Positions 27,272-40,844 of a stretch of 64,000 bases of DNA are shown here, piece by piece (within the stretch, counting starts at the first letter, position 1; each line of letters begins with the position of its first letter). The notes under the pieces were generated by a model that ran no database searches, was not told the origin of the DNA, and saw only the letters and a list, made by a program, of their open reading frames with translations. A program made the position numbers and the translations under genes. The stretch is from Nageia nagi (lineage: Eukaryota > Plantae > Pinophyta): positions 164,796,001 through 164,860,000 of the forward strand of contig JBITNC010000001.1 in the NCBI GenBank assembly GCA_050084985.1, written 5' to 3'.

Positions 27272-28870
27272 ATTTTCCTTGATGAGTATCTTACATGTTG
27301 ATGAATTACAAAAAGCTTGAGACAAGGTAGCAACAACTAGAAACGCTAACAAATGGGTAGTAATTCGGAACTTATGTGTAGTCATTTGGGACTCCCCTCC
27401 CCGTGGGTAGTCCAAGCCCTTACTACCTAAATGACTGGAAGGGGGGAACCAAGGAGATTTTCGTAGCATGATGGAATTGTAATGATATGATGCGGTTTGC
27501 CCCTAGATCTTTCGCAAAAATGATAAGAGGACATGATGTTATAATCGTATGTGAGACACATGAAAGCCTTGAGCAAGCTCTACCATCAATCACTGGCTAC
27601 TTTTGGTGGTCCAGCTATTGGCAAATCGCATGTCGTTTGGGGGGGGGGGCACGTGGGGGTGGTTAGAGGGTTTGGAGGTGCTGCTATTCTTATCTAGGAT
27701 AGAATCTAGCACTTAATGACATTGCTATCTTTAGATCTCCACTACATATTCTTGTTGATCAAACTTCATTTTCACCCATCTGTTTGGGACATTTTCATTG
27801 TCATTTGCTACTCCCCTTAAGCCATGTCCAACTTCTCTATCCACATTGATGGGGACCCTTACTAAGATCTTTGTGAGGACATCACAAGGCATATAACTAC
27901 TGGAGAAGTGCTATTATTAGAGGAATTTAATGCCCATACCATCTATATGTAGGTCCCTCGACACGACATCATAGAGGATGAGATGCAGATCTAGGATATA
28001 GATCTCAAGGACCTTGGTTTTGTTAGAACCTCCATCGAGACACAAGTTAAAACTTACAAGAAGCATCTTTTGGAGTTGGGAGAATTCAACAGGCTCATTG
28101 TTCTCAATAGATTGTCTTGTCGTCCAACCTCTAAAGGATTCACCTACTTCACTCACAGCAGCGGAGCCAATGCAATGGATTATGCTCTTTCCTTGACCAA
28201 AGACCACCCTCATTTTGCCCATTTTAGTGTCTCTAGTCACCCTCATCCTATTCATTTCCCATTTCAGTGTTTTTATCACCTTGTCCCCTTCGTGCTCTCA
28301 TTTACTATCTCCATCATTATTTCCCCTATTATTGCACCACCTCTTTCCTCCACTTTCACCTACAAGTTACTATAGAATTTGATTATAGGTATTCCCTTGC
28401 CTATATGGATGGTGTTGGGGTGTTTTTCTTTCCTACCCTGGAGTAGTGAGAAAAATGCCAACACCTCAGGGGAAGGGATGTTACTCCCTCCCTCTATGGG
28501 GACTATTACCCAAAAGGTTAGCTCCATGACTTGGTGAGGATAACTCAGGGATCGGATGAGATGTTTAAAGTTGCCACCAACATGAATATCATGTGTGAAT
28601 TCCAGGACTTGGATTGTCTTTGTAGCATCGAAATCAAAGGAATCACTTGATCCAGAAGTTGAAGAAGGGATTGGTTAGGAAGTCCAGGAGCATAAATTCA
28701 CGGCATCTGCGTGCCTTGGGCATAGGGAGTTTACAAATTGCATGGTAAGCTCCAAAATGGAGTTCAATGTCATGACATATGAAGCTTATAAAGAAGCAAG
28801 ATTTGTCCCAACGACCTTGGATGAGGAAGATCGCACATGGCTTATCGACCAATTTTAGATAAATGGTGTT

Positions 28871-30289
28871 TTGAAGGAAGTCCCTATATGTCCTAAAGGT
28901 TTGTCATCTTTGTATTTTGTGGACATAAGGGTGTTATATCTACTTGGTATTATCCCCGTTATATTTGGCAAGGAATGGATAAATGTATTCAAGGAGAATA
29001 AATGTCTCACCCTCACAGGGGATGAAGAGAAAGAGGAAAAGGAAGAAAATGAAGATAAGGACTTTGACACACAACATGATAATTCTTCCGATCTAGATCA
29101 TGATCTCGTAGAGTCCTTACATGAGGAAACCTTTGAGGATGATTCCATCACTTACCCTTCATCAGGGGACCAAACAAGCACAAAGACATGGGAAGAAGAC
29201 AGTGTTAATGACGAAGCTGATCATGAGTTGATTTGCCAGTTGGAGCATAAAGATGGCTATCAATCTATGGATAACCCACTGTCTGAAATGGATGCCAAGG
29301 TGAATGTTGAGAATCCACTCTTTGAACCACATGATGTCGAGGAACACCATGTCAAAGCTAATGAATTATGGACCTCACATAAGAATGCAGATATCACAGA
29401 GGTTGAGCAACCATCTTCAATAGAGTTATTTTTAGAATGGAAGCTCAAAGAACTTCAACCATGCCAAGACAAAGGATCAGTCTCAAAGGATGATAGCCTC
29501 TTGGAAGTAGATTACAATCCCGTAGAATCATCGCTTGGAAAGATTTTTGTGGGGGATTTCGTTACTGATCTTTTTCGGGGTGATCAATTGAGCAAAGAGA
29601 GACGGGAAGAATATAGTAGTGATGAGGAACTTGAGTACAGGATGACTCCCCAGTGGAATTACCAAGAGCCAGAGATTGTAATCGATGAATTCTTGCTCCC
29701 ACTTTTAGACGAAGATACCACAAAAATTGAATAGGAACTTCTAGCTAAGATATGTCCAGATTCAATATTTAAGGAACTGGAAGAAGCTTTGTATGGTAAG
29801 ACGTCTAATTGGTCATATCAAGAGGATGGGAAAGAAGGGGATATTGATGAATTCCTTGAAAGTTATACATTATTGCTTGAGAATGAAGATGATGTCCAAT
29901 TGGAATCTAACTCTGCTATAGATGAATTCCTTGATCTTGTGTTTGATGATGTTAAGGATCCCTTATTTTACAAAGGGCAAGAATCTCCATGTCAAGAGGT
30001 TGATGATGCTTTTGTGATCCATGCACGAGAACTGGTACATGAAGATGCTCACAAACTGGCAAAAAGTAGCGATATCTTTGATGGCCATAGTGAAACAATA
30101 GAAACAAAGCTAGAATACGTGTTGAAGGGGCCTAGATTGGAGATAGAAGAACTTGAGTTGGATTCCAAGGGGAATAGGCCCTATGTTCCTACTATCCTGA
30201 TGCCTAGGTGTGCATACTTTCCATCTCTTGGTGGTGAGGAGGTTGCAGATGATGAGAGCAAGATCACATGGTTGTCACAAACAAAGTAG
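28871..30289 (+). pseudogene. Acidic D/E-rich retroelement accessory ORF of unknown function, interrupted by a stop at 29732-29734
   Basis: The 287 aa and 166 aa ORFs are in the same frame, separated by one TAG. No gag/pol motifs recognised. Confidence 0.5.
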
Positions 30290-31181
30290 GTATACTTGTA
30301 GCACAAGTAACAAATGATACCCCATGTTTTGAGGTGCCCATGAAAGAAAGTCTCTTGCTTGTTCTTATCAGTGGCCTGTATCATTCCATGCAAAAGATGT
30401 TCACAACGATTGTTGTTCATAGGATTTGTGCAGTATTCTCATGGGCATGTGCAAGACCTCTGCTACAATCACCCATTCTTCCTAGAGGCATGTTACATGA
30501 GGATCACAACATACAGTTCACTCCTTTAAGTGGAGAACAAAACAAGGTTTTTGATCTAGGTATCCATGACACTTGAAGTCCCTTGAGGTTGTACTATAAT
30601 GTAAATAGTGTGTTGTGTATCTTCTCATGAAAAAAAAAGAGAAAACAGAAAAGAGCAAAATATGAACTTCAAAAGGATACCATGGAACATCTGAATAGAG
30701 CGATCGAGCTTAGGGATGGGTTGCTCTTTTCCCCAGAGACTACAGTTGGAACAAAGACTCTGGGTGATACTGACTTGGTTATTTTTTGTAATAGGTAACG
30801 AACACATTCATAGAGCAACCAAGCTCAGGGACGGGTTATCCTTTTCTTCGAAGACTATAGTTGGAACAGACACATCAAATGAATCTAATGTCCTCGAACC
30901 TAGACTTCAACATAGGTGTCCTGATGATAGCCAGTGAGAGTTCACTCACTATAATGAAACCGGCGATGTAGCCGTGAGTGATGGTGCTGACACAAGCTCG
31001 CTCCCTATGGACGACGCAAGCCATTGTGTATTCACCCATTTAGGTTTAGTCTTAGGATTGTTATGTCGTCATGTTTGTCATCCATCGTCATTTGTCACAT
31101 GTTGAGACATCTTCACTTCACCATGTTGTTGTTTTGTTTTAGCTTGTCCCATCATTCTTGTTGTTGTTTTGTTTTAGCTAA

Positions 31182-33760
31182 TGTTGTGCCCTACACAACT
31201 CACCCCAAAAATTCGCAATTTTGGGGACCCTCAACAACTTACACTCATGTGACACCAGGTTGGCACATTCCTCCTTGTCCCCGACTTACTGGAAACCACG
31301 TCTATCTTCCCATCACCTAAATGAGTCCAATTGCCCAGTCTTGGTCGTGTCATGATAAAAAGTTAAAACCCTTGAAAATTGGCTAAGTCTGGAAAATCTA
31401 AGTCGAGTATAGGTGAAACTGGGAAACTTGTGTTGAGTCGGAACCAAGCAAAGTATGGGCCACTCCCCAGCCTAGCGCACACTCTAGGAAGACAAAATTT
31501 TATCTTTCTAGGATGTGCGCTCGGGCCAGGAGGACACCTAATTTGAAGTCCAAGTGTTTAAGATGAAACTGGGTCAATTCTGGACCTGGCGCATGCCATG
31601 AAAAGACAAAATTTTGTCTTTTTGGGCATGCACCAAGCTCAAGGAGGTGCCCAGGATGGAACAAAGGCCCGAAAAAGCTAATTTGAATCATTTCAAGGTT
31701 GGCGTATGCTTCAAAAAGACAAAATTTTGTCTTTTGGGAGCATGCGCCCAAGCCAGGAGGCCACCATGATGGACTTGAAGACCCGGAAGATCGAAGTGCA
31801 CTCACCCAGGAGGTTGGTGCATGCCTCAAAAAGACAAAATTTTGTCTTTTGGGAGCATGCGCCAAGCCTAGGAAGGCATCCTGTTGAGTTGAAACGTGAA
31901 AATTGGCTAAGGCATGGAGCATCGAAGCCTGTATCCCTCTCCAACATGACTAGAGGGGCTGGCGCATGCCTCAAAAAGACAAATTCATGACTTTTGGGAG
32001 CATGTGCCAAGCTTGGGAAGGCATTGGGATGGAACGAACTTGAAAATATGGCTAAGTCCCGAGAGCAGAAGACCAAAATGAAGCAAATATGGCCACCTGC
32101 AACCTAGCACATTCCTCAGGAAGATAGGATCATGACTTTCTGGATCATGCGCCTAGACTGGAAGAGTCGGAGAGATTGGAGCGTGTTTCAAAAAGACAAA
32201 ATCTTGTCTTTTGAAATCATGCGCCAAGCTTGGAGAGGCCTCTGGGTCTGACTGTTGAGAAAAATGAGCAAGCTAGGATGCCAGGATGAGCAAAAACGGG
32301 CAAGTTCAGGTCACATCTAGCTCAGGATAGAGTTGGGAGCATTGTTTCAAAAGACAAAATCGTGTCTTTCTGTACCATGCTCCTAGTTCAAGAGAGAGTT
32401 GGGAGCACCGTTTCAAAAGATAAAATCTTATCTTTCTGCAGCACGCTCCAAGTTCAGGGCATATGCTCGAAATGGCCAGATTTCAAAGACAGTCCCAGGT
32501 CATTCCAGTTATACATGTGGGCTATTATATTGTCCTTGCAAGTGCCCAAAAGGTGAACAGTTCAAGTCCAGTGTTGCAAAGGCCAAGGAGATACACGAGC
32601 CTAACAATACCAAAAGAGCTCAGGGACATGTTGCAGTTGCAACAGTTTTATTTTATTTATTGCAATTTTATTTTAAATTTGAATTCCAAAGACTTATTAA
32701 ATTTTGTACAACCTTGTGATGGATGAGGATTTGCTCCCACAAGTGCTAGAATGAATCTTGTAATGCCATGTGGCACTTTATTATTGGACCACATTTATTT
32801 TTCTTGGAACACGTAATTAGGGTTAGGGAAACACTGATGGTTGCTCCAAAACTATTTATACCCCATTTTGATTCATTTGTAAGGGGGGATTGACATTTTA
32901 ACAATTGAAAAGAACTTTGTGTGCTAGACCAAAATTGTGTAAGTTGTTAAATGTGGTGTATGTATATGTAATTGTGATGAAATGATTCTCATGTTGTAAT
33001 GCCAAATTTGAATGAATGATTGATAGTGTTGTCTAGTTTATTCTATCATTGCTTTGTGTTAATTTACATCACTTGGTGCATCCTGTAAATTCCATGTGGA
33101 GTGGACAAGAGAGTGCTTGTGTATCTTATGAAGTGGTTGATTAGCATATTGTAGGTGATATTTTGTCATTTGCAATCTTAGGCTTGGATACCTCAAGATA
33201 TCTTGTTGATGTTGCTCATAGTAGGAACTTCACCAGGATCATTGAGTCTTGCCCTCATCCCATCCTATTCCACCCTTGCCACAGCTTCACGCTCCTTCCA
33301 CTAGACCATTCATGTTGTTGGCTAGTGGGACGAATTAAGGGTGCAGGGAACCTACACCGAGAACCAGCAAGTCGACTCTTGAGGACCTTATCCCAAACCC
33401 GTGAGTTCGCATGCCTATAGTTGCACCCTACTACCCATTGTCTTTCCACCAATTTTTTCATTTTTCATTTTCTTTATTTTACACTTTTTTTCGCAATTTT
33501 TGCACTGCTATTTCCCTTTAGCATCTTTTAGAAACAACTTTGCCTAACTATAAAGATGATCCTAGTTCGTGAATCCACACATGATATTCATGTTGGTGGC
33601 AAGTTTAAACATCTCAGCCATTCCTTGAGTTATCCTCACCAAGTCGTGAAGCTAACCTTTGGGGTAACCAGTCCCCATAGCGGGAGGGAGTCACATCCTT
33701 TCACCTTAGGTGTTGGCATTCTTCTCACTACTCTAGGGTAGGAAAGAAAAACACCTCAAC
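31182..33760 (+). mobile_element. Long LTR (~2.6 kb), + strand, same terminal family as the LTRs ending at 14171/39230/45692
   Basis: Starts TGTTGTGCCCTACACAACTCACCCCAAAA...TTTTGGGGACCC. TATA-like CTATTTATA at 32852. Ends GGTAGGAAAGAAAAACACCTCAAC, comparable to the reverse complement of the terminus at 34217. Confidence 0.85.
31471..32452. repeat. Array of nine ~55 bp palindromic units with variable spacers in LTR U3
   Basis: The core AAAAGACAAAATTTTGTCTTTT is a perfect 22-bp palindrome flanked by TGGCGCATGC / GCATGCGCCA arms. Units start at about 31471, 31585, 31697, 31812, 31958, 32103, 32175, 32333 and 32399. Confidence 0.9.
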
Positions 33761-36700
33761 TGGACCCAACATATAATTCACCCCACCCATAAGATGGGAG
33801 ACACCATGAATCCGACAATTACAAGACCATCATGATTGGACATGTCTTTGCTAAGTTTTATGCAACAACATTAATCTTGCTTCTTTCTCACAGGTTGGAG
33901 AAAGGACATAGAGCTACAAGACAAGTTGGTTTCTAGCAAAACCACCAAACCATAGATTATATCCTAGTCCTCAGGACCATTATTGAGAAGGCATGTTTCA
34001 AATCTCTGAGTTTATAGTTGCTTTGTGGACTTCAGGAAATATTTTGACATAGTACCTCAACATTTGCTATTTGAGAGGCTTTAATTGATTGGCATCTTTG
34101 GGCATCTTTTGGTGGCAATTTCATGGTTGTATGAGACAATGATAAGCTGATTTAGTTCGCTATAGGGGCTTTCAAAAAACACTTTAACACAATAAGAGTG
34201 AACCAAGGCTTCCCTTTGTTGGGAAGGATTTCTTTCCTACCGAAACTCTGAATCACTGTAGGTGTGAGCTTCCCAACATCTTAGTCAGGAAAGTGTTACC
34301 AATTTTCCCAATTTTAAAGGATTGTCTACCTCCGAGGCTCTTGTCGAAATTCCTACTCAACGATCTGACGTTTGTAGGTAATTTGCAAAGCAAAATACAA
34401 TGCTTGTACAAATGTTTGTGTAGTGATATCTTGCTAATGAAGTATCTCTCTTTGGAATTAGTCTAAGTGGAATGTTTAGAGATGGTAACTGTTAACCAAC
34501 ATATTTATATAGAGTTTGTTCATAATATTTGGTTTTAGAAAGCATAAAGAAAAGCGTAAAGGCAATATTGGAAAGTGAGAGACTGCACTTGTGAGACAGA
34601 AACAAATATTTGGTCAGATACCAAATTGATAACCACGACAAAGCATTGTCTAAAAAGTTCATCCTTTTCGAATCAATTAAGGGGATTGCATCCAATTCAT
34701 CCAAATTTGCAAACAAACAACTATTGTCGAAGTTGTTCCAAAGACGAGTAGGAAGTGCGGCTGATTACAAACAATCAAATGGACAGGGTGGAAGAATGTG
34801 AGAAGAACTTAGAGTTTGGATGAAATTCCTAGTTTGATGTCATAAAATAGGAAGCATATTCAAAATACCTCAACTAAGATGCATGTTATGAATTAAGCAA
34901 CTACCCAAGATTAGTTTCAAACACTTTATAAAGGTAATGCAATGATACTTTCCCTAAAACTTGTGAGTTTTCAAAGGAAGGATGCAAAAGTGTCAAACCA
35001 ACGAAGAATAATCAAGTTCGATCTTTGCCTTAACCACTTTATATATAGCTTATAAAAGAGTTATGCAGAAGCACATGAATTTGCTCCAAATTTTCATATT
35101 TTCTTGCATAAGGTCTATTTATAGACTTTTTCAAAGATTTTATGAAAAATCTAAAATGCTAATTTGAATGCTAAATTGAGATTACAACTTCATTTAGTGG
35201 GAGAAAAACACTCATCCCACTATATATGTTTGAAAATAAATTATTTATAGAAATTGATGGCCCCTGGAACAGATCTTGATGTGTTTTGCATCAATTTGGC
35301 AAAATTTGGAGCTTCAAATCATTTTTCTGGATCTGTTCGTCAATCTTTTGAGCTCCTTTCTTTAATCTAGATTCGCCCTTCATGTGATCATTTTGGCAAA
35401 TTTTAATGCAATTATGAGAAGATTTTCTGAAAAAGTGGATTTTTTGGTCTATTTTCTTTGAAAATGGAGGTTGGGGGGGGGTCGATTTTGGAAAAATTTT
35501 AAAATGTGATTTTGAGGCCATGGATGGGTGAGGGATAGATTAATAAGGCATTTGCCAAGTTTTGAGAGGATTTGGAGTTTATAGGCTTTGGATTTGCTCA
35601 TTTTCCTCTTGAGGGGGCATTTTGGAGTCTCCATAAGGTTTTGCACTACTTTGCAAAAAATAGAAAACAGGGAAAACATGCGCCTAGATGGGAGAGGTAA
35701 TATATTTGGTTTGTTTAGATTTTCCTTTGGCCAAGATGTTAGATTTTGCAATGTGCTCATGCTCATGTTTTCAAATTTCAGTTTTGAAAAATGCCATTTT
35801 GCATGCTAAACAAGGGAAAATATAGAAAACCAGCGCCTACCTTGGAGGGGGACCATTTTAGAGCATTTTGAAAGCCTTCAAGAGAAAATATGTTTGATTT
35901 TGGATGCTCTATAATACCTATGTTTTACTTTTTTGATTTGCCAACTTGAAAATTTTGTAAAATTTCTCTTGCACAAGCATCCTAGGCATGGGTTTTCTCT
36001 TGTTCCTAATTTTCCATGCCTAGGGATGTGTTCCATGGTTTGGAGGGGCTATACTTGTCCAATTTGAATTTTTCAAAGACCAATCATGTGTAGAATTCCA
36101 TTACCCATCTCATCATGCTTAAAAAATGCCATTTTGACAAATTTTGGAGCTCCCTTTGGCTAGGCGTGGATTTTCCCCTTTTTCTCTTGCTTGAGAAAAT
36201 ATAGAAAACTTAGTAAACATGTGCCTACCTCCCATTTGCTCAATTTTGCTCTTTTTTCAAAATTTTCAAAGCTCATATGCTTGAATTTACCTTGTCTTGA
36301 TGCTCATGTCTTCAAATTGCAAATATAAATTTTGAGAATTTTTTATGCATTCCTCCCCTAGGTGCTGATTTACTCTTTTTTCTCTTGCTTGAAAGCCTAG
36401 GGAAGTGTTCCCATGATTTGGAGGTGCCAGGCTTGCCAAGCTGAGTGCTTCAAAGACCAATTTGATGTAGAATTCAAATGTCCACCTTCTTATGCTTGAA
36501 ATTTGTCATTTTGATCAAAATTTTGACCTCATTCTAGTAGGTGCAGCTGTACCCTTTTTTCTATTGCTTAGAAAAATTAGAAAACTTTGAAAATGTGTGC
36601 CTAAGGGTGGAGGGTGGAGGTTTGATCCAATTTGGTTGCTTCCTTGAGCAAAAATGCATTATTTTGCAAGCTCTACAACACCCATGTGCTAGAAATTTAA

Positions 36701-36974
36701 TCAAAATTTTGAGTTTTTTGGCCACTCATGCATGCTAGGCACTCATTTTCTAATTTTGAGGAGAAAATATAGAAAATCAGCACATAACCATCAAGTGTGC
36801 AATTTTACTCTATTTTGAAAACTCCCAAGTTTGAAGTTTACTCTTTTTTCAAGCTCTTCTAAAGCGTATTTTCACATTTTCCATAAAACTTGTAATTAAA
36901 ACTTTATCTTTTTCATGTGAGCACCTTTTTATCCCTCTTAAAACCATTAAGTCTTCAAAATCTTCATTTGATTG

Positions 36975-38112
36975 TGTAACATCCCTTTTTGGGCTAAATT
37001 GGTAAAATTTGGAATCCTAGAGATTCCCTTTGTAAATAATTTGTTTATGCATTAATAGTAACATGGGATAGAATATAATGGTCCTATGGACCCACATTGT
37101 GAGCCCCAAAGTGGGACATCTTCCTCCCAAGCTTAGGATGAATTATTTATGTTAATTTGATGTACTTTGGGATAGAGTTTGCTATAGGTCTTGGAGAGTT
37201 GATTAGACTTCTTCATTGGATAGAGCATCTTGTGGGAAACGTTTTTACAGGTTACACAACATGGTTTCATTAGGAAATGAAAGAGCTATGGCCTCTTGAA
37301 GTTCGCCAATTGGACCAATCTTCCATATTGTGATCGCTCACTGAAATCCAAAAACATCTCCATAGTGACCCCTTGGAGTGTGAAATCCCTTTCCTTGGGA
37401 TATAAGTTAGTTATGAATTGTGATCAAGTGTGTTTTATCATAGTAATAATGGGAGCACATCCAACCCACATCTAGCATTTTGGGAGCCTCTAGGAGGCTA
37501 ACGTTGGACTTGGAGGATGAGTGGTGACTCCTAGGTGATATCTAGATCTAGGGATGAGTTATATAAGGCGTTGGAGCCTTATTGCAGAGATAGATTGAAT
37601 TTGATATTGAAGCCTTCTTCTTCCACTAGAGACTTGGCGACATCAAGCATCCTTGAGTGTAGCGCACAAGGAGAGTTCAGGAGGCTTGGAACACCTTCTG
37701 ACTAGCGGTTGATTTGAATGTTCGTGCTGTGAGGTTGCCCTACCTTGAGGTGTCCACAAGTAGTCTGCACCTTTGAATCCATCTAGTGGCATTATAGAAT
37801 CACGTCCGTTCTCTTTGTCGAGAGCTAGTTGTGATGGATTCCTTCAATGTGGCATCCATAGATATGGTAGTGTGTGATTGTTCTATAGTAGTTTCGACAA
37901 CAAGATCTATCTCAGCATATTTGTACGTGAGGTGTTGTGCTTGATTAATGTGTTCCTGGAGGTGACATCTTATAAAGGTGATATTTTATTGAAGTAGTGG
38001 ATCATTGGCCTTTCTGGCATATAGTTTGACCTGTTTGATGTCCTAGATTAGTTCGTGGCATGTCTAAGAGCATCATTTGATATTAAATTTGTATTTGCTT
38101 GGTTAATTTCCA
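36975..38112 (+). mobile_element. Nested solo LTR (~1.1 kb), distant relative of the gypsy LTR family
   Basis: Starts TGTAACATCCC and contains the GGACCC.CATTGTGAGCCC..AAGTGGGA block shared with the 39680/55320 LTRs. TATATAA at ~37560. The 3' end and TSD are uncertain. Confidence 0.65.
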
Positions 38113-38116
38113 CGTT

Positions 38117-38815
38117 GAAAGAAAGAAATTATATTAATGTCCACAGATGACCAAAAGCGATCAATGGGACTAAAGAGTATACAAGTCTAAAGTAGCGTGA
38201 TGGGCTCAGTGGCCCTCACTCAAAGCAAACTAAAAAGTTTAGGAACAATATAGAGACTAATCCCTAAAAGGAAATAAATAGTCGAACAAAGAAGCATGAA
38301 GAGCAAACATGGTCAAAGGGGAGGTCTCTCATGAGCTGTCTGACTGTGCACTCCTGGACTGATCTGTGTTTCCATCGGTGCTGCTATAGCTAAAGAAGGT
38401 CGTGATCCATTGCGACCTCATAGAACTAAGGTTGGCATGCACCCTCTATCTACTACGTCGAGTAGGCCGAGGTGGGTCCTCAATCCTCCGCCTATGAACT
38501 CCCTCTACTGAGGCAATCGGGAAGGAGGTAATCAAGCGATCCTCTGTTGGGTGTTGGGAGTTGGATAATAGATGCTTCCTGAGAAGGAAAGTCTCTTTGA
38601 GATAGAGTGCTAAATGACGATGGTCTGGGAACTGAAAGAATGTCGAGATCGAGCTATGTGCATCTCGAAAAAAATAGTGACATCGCCCTCGAATGTCACT
38701 ATACATCGAGCATCGGAAGATGAAATGATCCTCAATCTTAGGCTCTATCAAGCACAACTGGCAGACTCGAAGCTCACGTGCCAAACTAAGTTGTTCCAAG
38801 CCCAAATGTGACTCA
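38117..38815 (-). mobile_element. 5'-truncated LINE 3' fragment
   Basis: Encodes RVCQLC..EPKIEDHFIFRCSMY..IRG (CCHC). Conserved 3' motif at 38139-38170 followed by a (TTTC)n tail on the minus strand. Confidence 0.88.
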
Positions 38816-39679
38816 TTTTGTCTTTTCAACAACCTTATGTTGCCAAACCTTGAATTTTCCATGAAATCCCATCTTATGTCTTCAATATTTGTATTTTCAT
38901 CCCTTGACCATTTTCAAGAGCAAAGGTACTTAATTTCCCATTTTGCACTTGCCCAATCTTCAAAAATTGTGTTCATTGCTTAGAAATGCCATTCTCTAGA
39001 GTTAGGGATCCTGAAAGCTCCAAAACTAATAGTCTGGCACATTGAACTGTCCTACAACGTCCTGTGGATAGCCTTTGTGCACCGTCTCTAGCGGTATCAT
39101 CTCTTTCATAACATTCTCTATCATCTAGATCAACTCCTTTCGTTGTCTTGCTCAGAAAGTGGGTCTCCATATTTGCAAAAATAGGGTTCCAAAAATCTTG
39201 TATTTTGGGGTGTGTTGTGTGGGCACAACATCCTCTTTCTCCAACATTCTTTGGGATCTTCATAGATGAACTTGAGTTATTTATTCAAGAGCACACAAAT
39301 GTAGAGGACGGTTGCTTACTTCGCTATATGTCAATCTCTATCCTCCTCTTTGTTGATGATGTTGTTTTTTTTACCTCAACCCCTAAGGGGCTTCAACATC
39401 ATCTGGATGCATTAGCTTCTTTGTCTACCTTAAGATAGTTGACAATGAACCTATCTAATACCAAGTTTATGGTATTTGATACTAGCAAATAGGCTCTCTT
39501 CCATCTCCACTTCCATTTCGAGGGGCAAGAGATAGAGATGACCATCACTTATTTGTATTTGGGGTTTCTCTTCTTTGGACCCATCTTTGGGATGAAGCTT
39601 TTTGCCTAGGCCTGAGATTGTAAGTGGTATACAACCCTTTCTTTGCTCAAATAGAGCTATTTTAGAGCACATTTACATG

Positions 39680-40844
39680 TGTGACGTCCCCCTTGTTTAT
39701 GGTCACCCTTGTAATATACTTTATTCATATCCTTGTATTTGCATTATTGTAACTTAGGATAGGAGACTTAATGGGTCAATGGACCCCACTGTGAGCCCCA
39801 AGTGGGATGTCTCCCTCTTAAGTGTAGATTAGGTGTTTATTATATTGGAGATCCTGGATTGTGGGTATCCCAAGGTTTATTTATGTATTAGAGTGATGGA
39901 CAGCTACCTGCATGCTTGCACCAGATTTGGGAGGGCCCCACAACCCAATGTTGGGTTAGATGAGCTCCAGGACCCCCACGTTCACATATCATGCTCCTTG
40001 GCCCCCTACATTGGCATGCCTAACCCTTAGGCACCCATGTTAGGTGACTCAGGCCCCCCAAGAGGCCAATGTGGGATTAGATGGGCCTGAGATGAATCCT
40101 AGGTGAGATCCGGATGGATGCTAATGTAATAATAGACACTGGAGCTTCATTACTGGACAACTATTGATTATTACTTCTTCTACAATCCATCAGACATCAA
40201 GTCTTAGTGGTGCTAAGCAACTCTTCTTAGGTGCAACGTCTAGAGGGCATTCAGGTTGAGGGATCTTGTTTGTCTATGGCATTGGTGTAGCACCTTTGCC
40301 CATCTGGTGGAATTCCAAGGATTTGCTTCTACCATTCAGCTGGATTTCTAGGATCAAAGGAGGGCTCCTTTGGTGGAGGGGATTTGGGTTTTGAGGGAGC
40401 ATTTCTATCCCATGGTTCCGTGGTTGTGTTCGATGATCAGAGATATTTTGATTGTGCCCTAGTTGGCTCGTGGGAGGCCAATGACTACCTCTTAGGGCTT
40501 TGTATTGTACACATGGTCATTCTATATCATTTGTATAGCCAGAGGGCATTGGATCTCATTATTGTGTTGTGTATTCCATACTTGTGCATGCGTTGGGTTG
40601 TCTTTGCTTAATTGTGCATGTATGGGCCAGACGTTGATATTGTGAGTTAGTATTCATTGCTATATGCTTGTATTAGATAGACGTTGGCATATTTGCATTC
40701 TTGTGATGCGTATTGGATGTCCTAACCCTAATGTTGGCATTTGAGGGTTTGTGTGCTTGAATCTTGATTCCCTAGGCTTTGACATCTAGGCAATTGTAAT
40801 TGAATTTGCTCATTTTGCCTTGAGATCCCATTTGGATTATCACA
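39680..40844 (+). mobile_element. Solo LTR (1165 bp) inserted in LINE ORF2
   Basis: TGTGACGTCC...TTATCACA termini with a perfect TSD ACATG; similar to the 19638 and 55320 LTRs. Confidence 0.93.

Larger units (their letters stand above)
28413..33760 (+). mobile_element. LTR-derived unit with ~210 bp terminal inverted repeats (inverted LTR 3' end + internal region + full LTR), inserted in the LINE
   Basis: 28413-28624 is the reverse complement of 33548-33760 (about 26 differences in 212 nt by hand). LINE sequence resumes directly at 33761. The TSD is imperfect. Confidence 0.85.
34217..39230 (-). mobile_element. Solo long LTR inserted in the LINE RT QG.P/LSP motif; contains a nested LTR and LINE
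   Basis: TGTTGGGAAGG...GGGCACAACA termini, homologous to 42114-45692. Minus-strand TATAAATAG at 35115-35123. The TSD is degenerate (CCCTT/TCCTC), and the RT motif rejoins across the insertion. Confidence 0.88.

Noticed and set aside
31471-32452. True CRISPR array (also considered for 46995-47320)
   Set aside because: The context is a plant retroelement, there are no cas genes, the repeats are degenerate and spacer lengths are irregular.
28413-33760. DIRS/tyrosine-recombinase element or Mutator-like TIR transposon
   Set aside because: No recombinase, RT or transposase motif, no internal complementary region and no 9-bp TSD; the inverted arms match LTR ends of a family seen elsewhere in the window.
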